39,433 nt of DNA from Chiloscyllium plagiosum (GCF_004010195.1 NC_057719.1:42493820-42533252), one strand, 5' to 3'. Shown: positions 11,701-23,649, counted from the stretch's first letter. Notes: generated from the sequence alone by a model not told the origin. Program-made: numbers and translations.

Positions 11701-12178
11701 ACACTTTGCTGAGTTCTTCAAAGAGCAGTCTCATGATGAATGGGAACACGCTGAGAAACTGATAGAATTCCAGAATAAACATGGAGGCTGAGTCCTCCTG
11801 CAGGATGTCAAGAAGCCAGAGCAGGATGAGTGGGGCAATGGTCTGGAGGCAATGCAGAGAGCTCTGCAGATGGAGAAGGATGTAAACCAGAGTCTGCTGG
11901 ATCTGCACAAACTCTCCTCTGACCACGCGGACCCTCACCTGTGTGACTTCCTGGAGAGGCACTACTTGGATGAATAAGTAAAGATGATCAAAAAGCTGGG
12001 ACATCACCAACCTGAAGAGATGGGAGCCCCTGAGAATGGCCTGGGAGAGTACCTGTTTGACAGGCTCAGCCTGAGCTGAGTGGGACTCTGGAATAATTTC
12101 ATATTGCAGTTTCACCATGTATGGTACTAAACTGTGAATTTGCATTGAATTTGGAAATAAATCCTGTTCATGACAAAA
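11701..12178 (+). pseudogene. FTH1: 5'-truncated processed pseudogene of a ferritin heavy/middle-type subunit
   Basis: From 11702: [122 protein letters not shown]. Stops at 11789 and 11975, two frameshifts, native stop 12077-12079, AATAAA 12156-12161, A tract from 12175. No introns across the usual ferritin exon 2/3 and 3/4 junctions. The exact paralog (H or M) is uncertain. Confidence 0.95.
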
Positions 12179-13184
12179 AAAGAAAGTTATGATCCTGCTG
12201 GACAAATTTTAGAAAAGGAATTCAAGCTTCCAGTTGATAGCTAAAGGGAGAGCATTCCTCTAGTGCAAGTGAAACAAATCTTTCAGGTTCTTTTTACCCC
12301 TCAGGAATTTGGCTTTAATGTTCTAAATGTGAGCTCTTATTTACATTCCTGTGGAGTTATTGAGTCTCCAGCTTCTTCCTCTCTCCTGGGTCCTGGCAGA
12401 CTAACGGTCCCTGAGAGTTTCCAGGAACATCTCAGAAAATGCTCTCCTCCATCGACCCCCACCCACCCCGCATGGTTTTGGAAATCATATGGAGCTTGTA
12501 TGCAAGTAGAAACGCTGACTAATTATTCTAAAGACCCCAATATTTGAAGCTTAAAAACATATCTGCTTACAATTCCAACATTCTCAGCATGTTCCTGTAA
12601 TTTGGGAGACTTACAGTCAAACCACTGTAAACACCGATGCCCAAGTGTGACCACCTTGTACCTTCTTCCCAGCAAAACAAAAAACTTTCAAATCTTTACC
12701 AGCCATGTCGACTAGATCTGTTATCAAGTTGACATCAAAACTGATCACACGACTCCCTTCAATTATCCAAATTAAAAGTTAAAACATAATCTGACATCTC
12801 AAATTGTAACCTCCTGAGAAATGAAACGTCACTGAAGTGATGAATTTTCATAACTTATAAACAGTTCATGCATTTTAACTAATTTACTACATACAGTTAA
12901 AGTCAAATTATTGTTCCCCTGTCACCACCCTCATGTTGTCATAGCTTTCCATCAAACATGTTGGCACCATCACAATACTTAACTTCAAATCACATCAACC
13001 AAATGTTTGTATCAGTTTGAATTTAAAGTCAGCTTCATTTTGATTTCTAAAATTCTTTATTCATATAGCTGAGCATTTATTTCTTTCGTTGTGGATTTGC
13101 CTTCCATTAGGCATTGTAGTACCTCTCCTTTCTCACTATCATTTATATTTCACGTTCTCAGTTAGACAGATTTATCCTTAGTTT

Positions 13185-13292
13185 AACAGCAAATTACTGC
13201 AGATGCTGGAAACTCTACTGAAAACAACAAATGCTGGAGATCACAACAGGTCAGGCAGCATCCATGGAGAGAGCACAAGCGAACGTTTTGAA
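13185..13292 (-). mobile_element. PLE terminal fragment (related subfamily)
   Basis: ACTGCAGATGCTGGAAA...AATGCTGGAG..CAGGTCAGGCAGCATCC parallels 11582-11652. Confidence 0.7.
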
Positions 13293-14345
13293 TATATTGC
13301 TTTGGAGAGGGTACAGAAAAGATTTATAAGAATGTTGCCTGGTATGGGGGATTTTAACTAAGAGGAAAGTTGGATCGAATGGGTTTATTTTCACTTGAAC
13401 TGCAGCAAGTTGAGGGGCAATCTGATAGAGTCATAGAGATATACAGCATGGAAACAGACCCTTCGGTCCAACCCGTCCATGCCGACCAGATATCCCAACC
13501 CAATCTAGTCCCGCCCCTCATAATTTTGTAAACCTCTATAAGGTCACCCCTCAGCCTCTGACTCTCCAGGGAAAACATCCCCAGCCTCTCCCTGTAGCTC
13601 AGATCCTCCAGCCCTGGCAACATCCTTGTAAATCATTTCTGAACCCTTTCAAGTTTCACAACATCTTTTCGATAGGAAGACCAGAATTGCAAGCAATATT
13701 CCAACAGTGGCCTAACCAATGTCCTGTACAGCCGCAACATGACCTCCCGACTACTGTACTCAATACTCTGACCAATAAAATAAAGCATACCAAACGCCTT
13801 CTTCACTATCCTATCTACCTGTGACTCCACTTTCAAGGAGCTATGAACCTGCACTCCAAGGTCTCTTTGTTCAGCGACACTCTCTAAGACCTTACCCTTA
13901 AGTGTATAAGTCCTGCTAAGATTTGCTTTCCCAAAATGCAGTACCTCGCATTTATCTGAATTAAACTCCATCTGGTCCAGATCCTGTTGTAATCTGAGGT
14001 AACCCTCTTCGCTGTCCACTACACCTCCAATTTTGGTGTCATCTACAAACTTACTAACTGTACCTCTTATGCTCGTATCCAAATCATTTATGTAAATGAA
14101 TGGCATGGATAGAGGGAATGTATGAGGCCTTTTCCCAGGATAGAGGGGTCAATTACTAGGGGACACACATTCGAGGGGCAGTGGGTTGGCATGGTGGGGG
14201 TGGGGGGGTTGGTTGGAATGTTTAAAAGAGATGTGAGAGACAAGTTTTTCACATAAAGGGGGCAGTTTTAGTTTGGAAGGGTAAAATGTGGGAGCACAGG
14301 CTTGGATGGCTGAAGGGCCTGTTCCTCTGCTGTGTTATTCTTTGT
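13293..14345 (+). mobile_element. CR1 3' fragment split by an opposite-strand CR1
   Basis: IALERVQKRFIRMLPG at about 13296-13345 resumes at about 14098 and ends in the tail GGCTGAAGGGCCTGTTCCTCTGCTGT. Confidence 0.75.
13426..14098 (-). mobile_element. HER1-like CR1 LINE, 5'-truncated (RT C-terminal half plus tail)
   Basis: ORF 13633-14106: FIYINDLD..SKFVDDTKIGG..KCEVLHFG..LYRTLVRPLLEYC; (CTATGACT)n tail at 13426-13440. Confidence 0.92.
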
Positions 14346-14399
14346 AGATTACCGATTTCTGATAATTGCCCTGGTCTGAGAGCCAGCTAGTGTAGATTT

Positions 14400-16010
14400 G
14401 TACACCAATAAGAAATTCTGTTTACCTTCTGTTTCATCCAAAGTCAACGCCCAAATGACAAATCATCCTTCTCTTTCAGAACTAAATGTTTCCTTAATGC
14501 TCACATTTTAAAGAAAGCTTCAGTGAGCGAGCTATGAGTCATCTTCCTTCTCTTTAAATGCAAGATTACAGAGCTGTTTCACTGCTTCAAGAATCTCATT
14601 GAGCTGACATTGATGCTCCAATAATAAAAATCCAGATTCTTCTTTTAAAAGTCAGCTCTCACATTCTTTTGCCTTAATAATGTTTCATACCTTCTCTTTC
14701 AAAATGAACTTTGCCCTATTTCACCTGATCAACAGCCACAGTGTCTTCATTTTAAAGTTTTACTTTCCCTCCCTGAAACTCTCATACTTGTAACTCCACA
14801 AAATCAACCAAGTCATTTTGCTTTAAAAGGCCAACGCTCTCTGAGGCTCCAACATTGCTTTTTTTATTGTTACCAACATCTTTAGTTCTGCAGGCAAGTT
14901 CAATGATGACGGATTCAGTTTGTTAGAGCTCTCGGATTTCAGTTTCAGAAATAGAGCTATTGACTCTTGGGACATAAATCAAGTTGAAAGAGTACTTTCT
15001 ACAGCAGGATTCAACATAGTGTACTAAAGAAATCAGGGATTATCAATAGACTTTGTACCATCCCAGGAAATGACAGCACATCAATTCCCATGAAGTGAAT
15101 TCTAGACATAACTGATGTGAGTAAGCTACTTGTGATAGTGTTAGGGTTACAGTTAGAGTCATGCTGATGTTAGGGTTAACCCTAACAATAGATGTATTGA
15201 CTAAAACACAGATCAAATTCATGTCACACAATGGAACAGATGAACAACTTCTGTTGGTACGCTTTTATTTCGTGAATAACTTGAAGAGAAATTCATAGAT
15301 TTTTCTAACTTCAGGAATTGGGCAACCTAGTATCAATATCAAGCTAAAGTGGAATTACTTGTACCACAACTACAAAATTCCTATAGTTTTTAATGTTTTG
15401 ACGATCCTCAGCAAACATATCAGACGGCATTGATTTGCCACAAGCTTCACTCACTGGCACATTTTCTGGAGAAACACTAAACTTGCCCACAAAAGTTAAT
15501 AGTTTGGCTTTAAACTTCCAACAGTCTGTCTTTGCATGACTTGTGCTATGGCAAAAATCAACATGTCGGTCTTCAATCACACGTATCTCTCACTATATTC
15601 CTTTTGCTCTAACTCCATCTGTCACTTACTCTGCACTTCTCCAACCCCAGCTTCTGCATAAATCATCCTTTTCCGAGCTACCATAGTTCGGAGGGTCACT
15701 GGACCTGAAACATTAACTCTGATTTCTCTCTACAGATGCTGCCAGACCTGCTGCGTTTTTCCAGCAATTTCTATTTTTGTTTCTGGTTTCCAGTATCGGC
15801 AGTGCTTCTGGGTTTTTTGTTTTGTTTTATCTGAATTGATTTTTCTTCCTCAAGTTCCAAGAGTTGAGCTCAACGATCCCTGTGGTTTTAGTATATGTTC
15901 TTAAATCGGTTTCTAACCTTTTGCTATTGCCCTCAAATTAGCCTTTGTTACTGTTGCAACATGATAAAGATAAATTCTCCCATTCAAGGAATGGTTCAGC
16001 AATAGACATA
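14400..16010 (-). mobile_element. Ty3/Gypsy LTR retrotransposon relic (gag region)
   Basis: ATG near 16009 gives MSIAEPFLEWENLSLS/TVTKANLRAIAK (gag-like N-terminus). Degenerate CCHC knuckle DFCHSTSHAKTDCWK in ORF 15344-15580. The left boundary is a guess. Confidence 0.55.
15600..15815 (+). mobile_element. PLE terminal repeat with a decayed hammerhead, inserted in the gag relic
   Basis: AGTT..GGGTC(ACTG)GACCT-GAAACATT-AACT, then AGATGCTGCCAGACCTGCTGCGTTTTTCCAGCA as in the other PLE ends. The CUGA core is deleted. Confidence 0.7.
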
Positions 16011-16039
16011 GATAACTTAACTTCACTTGAATTCAATAA

Positions 16040-19000
16040 AATAAAGAACAACACTGCACAGGAACAGGCCCTTCAGCCCACCAAATCTGCACCAATTCCT
16101 AGTCCTTACTTAGACCCGCTACTCATTGGCCATATGCAGTTTTTATTCCCCTGTTCGCCTCTAGTTCATGTGTCTATCAAGATATGCCTTAAAATTGCAA
16201 AGTGCGTCTGCTTTCACCACCTCCACTCGCAGTATGTTCCGGGCACCCTCCACCCTCTGCGTGGAAACTTTCCGCTGCACTTCTCCCTTAAAAACTTTCC
16301 CCCACTCACCTTAACCTTGTGCCCTCTTGTAGTTGATCTCTCACTCTGGGAAAAAGTCTCTGACCATACAGCCTACTTATGCCTTTCATAACTTTGTAGG
16401 CCTCTATCAGGTCACCCTCAGCCTCCATCTTTCCAGTGAAAGCAATCCGTGTTTATCCAGTCTCTGCTTATATCTAAAGCCCTCCAGACCAGGCAACATC
16501 CTGGTTAACCTTCTCCGCACCGTCTCCAAAGCATCCATGTCCTTCTGGTAATGAGGTGACCAGAACTGCACGCAATATTCCAAATGTGGCCTGAATAAAG
16601 TTTTGTACTGCCAAACATAACTTGTCAACTTTTATATTCAAAACCCCAGCTGAGGAAGACAAGCGTGCTTCCTGACCACGATACTCACCTGGGTTGTCAC
16701 TTTCAGGGATCTGTGGACCTGTATGCCCAGATCCCTCTGCATGTCAATGCTCCTTAGGGTTCTGCCATTTATTGTACAAGTCATATATGAATTTCATCTT
16801 ATAAAATACATCATCTTGCATTTTTATGGATTAATTGCCATCTGCCATTTTTCTACCCAAATCTGACATTTATCTATATTTTGCTGTATCCTTTGATAAT
16901 CCTCCTCACTACCGGTAACTCCACCAATTTTGGTGTCATCTACAAACTTCCTAATCAGACCACCTACATTTTCTTCCAGACCATCATACGTACGACAAAC
17001 AACAAAGGTCCAACTATTGATTCTTGCAGCACACTGCTAGCTATTGATCTCCATTCGAAAAGCACCCTTCCATCATTACTCACTGTCTTCTATGACCAAG
17101 CCAGTTCTGTATCCATGTAGCCAGCTCACCCCGGATCTCATGAGACTCTACCTTTTGTACCAGCCTGCCATGAGGTACCTTATCAAATGCCTTACTCAAG
17201 TCCCCATAGGCAATATCCACCACCCTTCCCTCATGAACCATTATTGTCATCTCCTCAAAAAACACAAGAAAGTTGGTGAGACATGACCTTCCCCACACAA
17301 ACACATGCTGCCTATCACTAACAAGTCCATTTGCTTCCAAATGTGAATAAATATCATTATCTTCTCCAGAAGCGGCCCACCAGACATCAGCCTGTAATTA
17401 CCTGGATTATCTTTGTTTCCATTCTTAAACAAATGAACAACATCAACCAATTTCAATTCTCTGGAATGGCACCTGAGCCCAAAGAGAATGCAAAGATATC
17501 GGTTAAGATCCCAGCGATATCCCCCCACAGTTTCCTGGGATAGACCTCATCTCATAACACATTTCAAAACATTTCCTCCTTCATTATATTGACCTGTCCG
17601 AGAATAATCACTCACCTTTCCCTAATCACAACATCTGTCACATCCTCTCTTTAATGAATACCAATGTAAAGTACTCAGTCATAGAGTCATAGAGACACAC
17701 AGCACAGAAACAGACCCTTTGGTCCAACTCGTCCATGTTGACCAGATATCCTAACCTAATCTAGTCCCATTTGCCAGCATTTGGCCCATATCTCTCTAAA
17801 TCCTTCCTATTCATATACCCATCTAGATGCCTTTTAAAACGTTGGAATTGTACTCATTGAGGATCTCATCCATTTCCTCTGGTTCCATACATAACCTCCT
17901 CCTTTACCCTTCAGTGAGCCAACTCTTGTCTGAGCTACCTTCTTGCTCCTAACATTTCATGGCCCTTTTTAGCCCTCCTAACTCCCTGTTTGAGTTCCTT
18001 CCTACTTTCTGTATATTCTTCAATGACTTCATCTGTTTTTAGTTGCCTAGACCTTAGGTATGCTTCCATCTTTTTGACTAAGCTGATAATTTCCCAGCAT
18101 CCAAGGTTCCCAAATCCTACCATTCCTGTCTTTCATTTTCAGAGGAACATATCCTGTCCTGCACGTTGGTCGACTGGTCTTTAAAAAATTCTGTCATGTC
18201 AGATGTGGATTTACCCTCAAACAGCTGCTCCCATTCCATATTCTCCAATTCTTGCATAATTCAGTTTTGTAGTTGGCCTTCCCCCAATTTAACACCTTTG
18301 AGGTTCACTCTTGTCCATATCCATAACTATCTGAAAACTTACAGAATTATAGTTAGTATTCCCAAAATGCTCCACCACAGATATTTTGATCACCTGGCCA
18401 GGTGCATTTCCAATATCAGGTCCAGTATAGCCCATCCCTCATTGGATTATCCACATACTGTTTTTAAAAACCCTCTTAGACATGCTTAACAAACACTCGA
18501 TACTAAGGGAGTGCCAGTCCATTGTTGGGGGCGGGGGGGATGGAATATGCTAAAAGCACCCTATTATTTTTATATTTTCCAGAATCTGACTACATAGCTC
18601 TTCCTCTATCTTGCACTGGCAGTTGGAGGTCTGTAGTACAATCCCAGCATTGTGATTGCATCCTTCCTATTCCTGAGATCTACTCAATACCTCACTGCAA
18701 GATCCCTCAGCACAGTGGTGATTATGCTCCCTAACCAATAAAGCAACTCCCTCCCACTTCTTTTGCTTCCTCCTCAGTCTCGTCTAAAACATCAAGCTGC
18801 CAATTCTATCCCTCTTTCAACCATATCGAATTGATAGCAACAACATCATCACTACATGCATTAATCCAGGCTCTAAGTTCATCTGTTTTATCTGCTATAC
18901 TTCTTACAATGAGGCACATACAGTCTAAGTCTCCAGTTCTGCTGAGCTCAGCAACTTCTCCCTGACCGCTCTTCCTCTTAGTTATATTTGCTTTGATCTC

Positions 19001-19420
19001 AAGTTCTTCCCCAGGCTCTATACTTATTGATCTGCTGCTCTGGTTTCCACCCCTCTGCCACAGTAGTTGAAACCCTCTCGAGTGGCAAAATAGAACTACC
19101 CTGCCAGGATATAGGTGCCCCTCCAGCTTAGGTGCAAACTGTCCTTCATGCATGGGGCCCAACTTGCCTGGAAGACATCTCAAATGATCCACATATCTGA
19201 AGCTCTCTCCCCTACACCAGTTCTTTAGTTATATATTCAATTGTACTATATCTCTATTCCTCAATCTCAGGAGCACTTGGCATGGGGAGTGATCCTCCTT
19301 TTTAGTTTACCATTTAACTCCCTGAATGGTCACTGCAGGACCTTGTCACTCTTCCCACCCATGTCATTTGTGCCAATGTGGACAATAACGACTGCCTGTG
19401 TGTACACTCTCCCAGCTCCT
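16040..19420 (-). mobile_element. CR1 LINE, about 3.4 kb, with ORF1 esterase, APE and RT remnants
   Basis: ORF1 SGNH-like VHIGTND near 19365-19385; APE CLIVRSIADKTDELRAWI..DVVAI (18806-19192); RT QHVFVWGRSCLTN..DLSKAFDKVPH (17080-17340); C-terminal RPHLEYCVQFWSP; tail near 16045. Confidence 0.92.
17677..17852 (-). mobile_element. HER1-like CR1 3' tail nested in the larger CR1
   Basis: AGTCATAGAGTCATAGAG..CAGCACAGAAACAGACCCTTTGGTCCAAC, the same tail as at 13426. Confidence 0.85.
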
Positions 19421-19439
19421 GCTGCTGGCTCCTCCTGAA

Positions 19440-20490
19440 AGGAATGTGCCCGAACCAAAACTAAGACTGTGAAGTGCCTGTGTAATCTGGTTCATTTAAA
19501 TCCTGGTCAAATCCAGTGTACCAGTCTCAACTTGTGAGCTCTTAAAATCCCAAAGAAAAAGTCCAAATTTGTCTTGATCCCTGTACAGTGCAAAAATTTT
19601 TTCAAAAGTTCAAACCTGCTGAAGTGACAAAATAAGATTTCACATTAAGACATTTATTGTCACAACAAAACAAACTAAAATCACAAATCAATTATTCTGT
19701 CAGCAATTTATACTTTAAACTAGAGAACAGAACCTTTCCTTTTCTCTTGTAGCACAATCGAAAGTCAAATGCCACAGATATACTTTATACAGTCTTTTAA
19801 ATAGTTATTCAATTTTCCTGGAATCAGTCCAAGGTGATTCTCAGCTCCAAAGGGTCTATTTCCATTCTGTTCTTTTCCTACCCCAGTAAATTATTAACCC
19901 CAGAAATACCTTTTTTTGGCAGGGGGAGGACTTTACTGCAGATTCTTCCCATCACAAGCTAGGCAAACCTTTAATTTTAACTGGTGAATTTGTTCTTACA
20001 ATTGAACAAGGGCTTCCACCTTCATTCCCACACCGTGAGCTATCGAGAATTTCAGTCTCTAGCTACTCTCACTTCCTCATAGCCTGGTGAGAGTTTTCAG
20101 GGACATCTTAGAACCATTTCACCTCTCACAGCCTTTGCGCAGAATGAAGTGAATGATGTGGCCCTTGTATCCAGGTGGAAATGCTGACTAGCTATCCTTG
20201 AGATACCAACTTTATTTTATCTTGAAACTAAATGGATAGCTAAAAGGATATCTGTGATTGGACAACATTCGCAACACCTTCCTTGGGACATGAGATCACC
20301 TCTGTAAACACAGACACTGCTGCTTGTGTCCAAGAATCAACATCTTTCACTTTCTCCCGTCAAAAAAAAAAGACAACTCTTTAATCTGTAAACTTTAGGA
20401 AGACTTCAGAACAGGCCTCATGAATCTTATTATTTTACTTGAAAGATACAGCCCCAAAATAGAACTTGGGAAATGTTATAACTGTAAACA
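19440..20490 (-). mobile_element. Possible 5' leader and LTR of the Gypsy relic
   Basis: Lies directly 5' of the gag ATG once the CR1 insert is removed. ATCCTGGTCAAATCCAG-TGT near 19500-19519 weakly resembles a decayed tRNA-Pro primer-binding site beside an LTR end. No second LTR found. Confidence 0.3.
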
Positions 20491-21381
20491 ACAGTTAGAG
20501 TGTAGGAAACAATTTAGACACAAAGATTTTGTTTTTGATCAGGAGCTGCTTTGGGAGATTAAGGTTTTTTTTTTAAAATCCACAAATTGAACATCATTGT
20601 GCCACCTCAGAGATGTTTCCATTCATTCACAGAAAGTGGCCATCCTTGGTTGATTGTGGTAATTTCTGCAGTTCATGAAGAAGTTAGGAACACCTCCAGC
20701 GCTGAGAAGGAATTTCGAGATTTTGATACTATTATGTAGGAGAAATGATGATAGATAATGCCAAATCAAGATTGCCTATGCATGTTAGAAGCTACTAAAG
20801 GTGTTATGAACAGGACACTCCTATACGTTCGAGGTAATCAGACAGAGCCAACATGGTTTTGTCAAAGGCAAGTCATGCTCAACTCATTTATTGGAGTTCT
20901 TTGAAGAAATAACTTGTGCTGTGAAGGAATGGGGAAACTAGTGAATGCATTGTATTTAAATTTCAAGAAGACATTTGATAAGATGACACATCACAAGTTA
21001 TTATGGAAAATAAAAGTTCAGATAGACAGAAGATTGTTTCCTGTTAGCTAGCCAGAGTGTAGGAATAAACAACTCTTTACTCATGACACCTTGCCAGCTT
21101 GAAAATGTGCCACAGGGGTCAATGCTAAGGCCTCAACTCTTTATAATTTATATAAATGATTTAGACAGTCACTGAAAGTAAACATGCAGCTACAGCAGTG
21201 AAGAAGAGGAAAAATAGTCTGTTGGCCTTCATAGGAACAGGGTTGTCTGATTGCAATTGTACAGCGCCTTGGTAAGGCCACAATTGAAGTTGTGTGTGCA
21301 GGTTGGTCTTCTAATCTGAGAATGGATATTCTAGCTATGGAGGGAGTGCAGCAAAATGTTTGCCAGACTGATTCCTGAGAT

Positions 21382-21602
21382 AAAAGTTAAAAATCACACA
21401 ACACCAGGTTATAGTCCAACAGGTTTAATTGGAAGCACACTAGCTTTCGGAGCGACGCTCCTTCATCAGGTGATTATCACCTAATGAAGGAGCGTCGCTC
21501 TGAAAGCTAGTGTGCTTCCAATTAAACCTGTTGGACTATAAACTGGTGTTGTGTGATTTTTAACTTTGTACACCCTAGTCCAACACCGGCATCTCCAAAT
21601 CA
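21382..21602 (+). mobile_element. 221-bp fold-back PLE insert (inverted terminal repeat plus 35-nt tail)
   Basis: 92-bp inverted arms 21383-21474 and 21476-21567 with 3 mismatches and a 1-nt spacer. Exact 13-bp TSD TGATTCCTGAGAT at 21369-21381 and 21603-21615. Confidence 0.92.
21438..21472 (-). ncRNA. Minimal type I hammerhead ribozyme, intact core
   Basis: CAC-CUGAUGA-A-GGAGC(GUC)GCUCC-GAAAG-CUA-GUG: stem I CAC/GUG, 5-bp stem II, palindromic AGCU in place of stem III. Confidence 0.8.
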
Positions 21603-21849
21603 TGATTCCTGAGATGGCAGACTGACTTACGAAGAGAAATTGGATTAATTAGAACTATATTCATTGCAGTTGAGTAAAAAGGGGTGGGTGGTGGGGTGCA
21701 AAGAAAATATAAATGGATACCTGTAAGATTCTACCCTCGAGATGGTAAATGCAAGAAATATGTTCCCAATGATCAGGGAATCCTAGAGCCAGGATTTGTT
21801 TCCGTGCCATATGACTCTATGGGTATGATTCGATAAATAAATGCTAAAT

Positions 21850-22880
21850 TGCATTTGACTTCCTAACTGGCAACTTCATCTGCATGACAACCAATAGGAC
21901 TCTTGAATCCCTTTGTGCTTATTTCATTTCTCCATCTGGGAAATAGTCTTTGCCTCTATTCTTCCTACAAAAGTTCATAACCTCCCACTTTCCCACATTT
22001 ATATTCCATCTGCCACTTCTTTGCCAACTCTCCCAGACTAAGTCTTTCAGTAGCCTCCATGCTTCCTCAACGCTACTTGTAACTTCACCTTTGTGTCAAC
22101 TGTAAACTTAGCAACAATGTCCTCAGTGCCTTCATTCAGATCATTAGGGTGAAGCATGAACAGTTGTGCTCCCAACATGGACCTCTGCAGAACTCCACTA
22201 GTTACCACCTGCCATCCTGAAAAGGACCCCTTTAACCCACTCTCTACCTTCTGCCAGTCAGCCACTCCAGTGCCTTGCCCCTAACACCGCGGACTCTTCT
22301 CATTTAACTGCCTCAAAGAACAAAAAAAAAATACAGCCCAGGAACAGGCCCTTCGGCCCTCCAAGCCTGAGCCGATCCAAATGTACTGTCTAAACATGTC
22401 GGTCAATTCCTAAGCATCTGTATCCTTATGCTCCCCACCTACTCATGCATTTGTCCAGACACATCTTAAATGAATCTACCGTGCCGGCCTCTACCACCTC
22501 TGCTGGCAACGCATTCCAAACGCCCACCACCCTCTGTGTGAAGTACTTACCGTGTGTATCTCCCTTAAACTTTGCCACCTCTCACCTTGAAAGTGTGATC
22601 TCTCGTTATTGAATCCTTCACCCTGGGAAAAAGCTTGTCTCTATCCACCCTGTCTACACCCTTCATGATTTTGTAAACCTCAATCAAGTTCTCCCTCAAT
22701 CTCATTTTCTCGAATGAAAATAAACCTAACCTACTCAACCTCTCTTTGTGACACCTTGACAACTGCATTCTGGAAATTGAAATCGATCATGTCCACTGGC
22801 TCTCCTTTGTCAAATTTATTTGTTGACTCCGCCCTATTTTACCATGCACTTCCATGTATTCCACAATTTCATCATTATTA
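21850..22880 (-). mobile_element. Older CR1 RT fragment with a younger CR1 3' end inserted at about 22315-22745
   Basis: ORF 22047-22265 VTSGVLQRSMLG..AKFTVDTK; ORF 22565-22768 RLSRLGLFSF..LIEVYKIMKG; tail near 22315-22365. Confidence 0.85.
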
Positions 22881-22884
22881 TTGG

Positions 22885-23140
22885 ATGCTTTAGGCCTTAG
22901 ATGGGGAGAAATTTCTTCACCCAGAAAATTGTGAGCATGTGAAACTCTCTGCCACGGAAAGTGATTGAAGTCAAAAGTACTGAATATTTTCAAAAAGATC
23001 TTAGAAATAGTTCTTAGCACTAAAATCAGTGTGATAAGAAAGCAGGAACAGGTAAGTGAGCTGGATGATCAGCTATGACCATATGGAATGGTGGAATAGG
23101 CTCATTTGGGCCAAATGGCAACTCCTGCCCTTATTTTGTG
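22885..23140 (+). mobile_element. CR1 3' end
   Basis: GAGAAATTTCTTCACCCAGA..GATGATCAGCTATGACCATATGGAATGG, homologous to 39190-39433. Confidence 0.8.
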
Positions 23141-23149
23141 TTTCTTCCC

Positions 23150-23550
23150 TTCTGCAACCTCTACCACCTAGATTTGGAAGATGCTGTTGGAGGAGTCTTG
23201 ATGAGTTGCTACAGTGCATCTTGTAGATAGTGAATGGAGTAAATGTTGAAGGTTGTGGATGGGACTTCAAGAAGTGTGCAGCTTTGACCAGGAAGATATT
23301 GTGCTTTTTGAGAGTTGCGGGAGCTAGACTCATCCAGCCAAGTGGAAAGCATGTAATCACTCTCCTTGTAGATGGTGGACAGGCTTTGAGGAATCAGGTG
23401 GCAAGTTACCCTCCACAGAATTCCCAGCCTCTGACCTGTTCTGTAATCAATGTCTATATATGGCTGGTTCAGGTCAGTTTCTGGCCAATAATAACCCCCA
23501 GGATGCTGATAGTGGGGGATTAAAAAATTGTTATGCCATTGAATACCATG
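23150..23550 (-). mobile_element. Family A LINE fragment
   Basis: Reverse complement is colinear with about 24430-24850 (TIYKMHCSNSSRLLQQHLPN versus TIYKMNCSSSWRLLQPHHPN). Confidence 0.75.
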
Positions 23551-23649
23551 CATCATGTATCTAGGTCTGGTGAGCATAAAGGAAAAATTAAGGAACACCA
23601 CCAATACTGTACAAAATTAATGCCTTTTACAAATAACTCCGCAAAAGCA

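Larger units (their letters stand above)
20690..21790 (+). mobile_element. Degenerate CR1 RT fragment hosting the PLE hairpin
   Basis: QSQHGFVKGKSCSTHLLEFFEE near 20842-20910; YLNFKKTFDK; PQGSMLRPQLFIIYINDLD near 21110-21165. Confidence 0.85.

Noticed and set aside
11701..11720. Iron-responsive element for the ferritin copy
   Set aside because: The copy is 5'-truncated within the coding region, so the 5' UTR IRE is absent.
11693..12205. 170-aa minus-strand ORF, the longest in the track
   Set aside because: It is the antisense shadow of the ferritin retrocopy, with no independent coding evidence.
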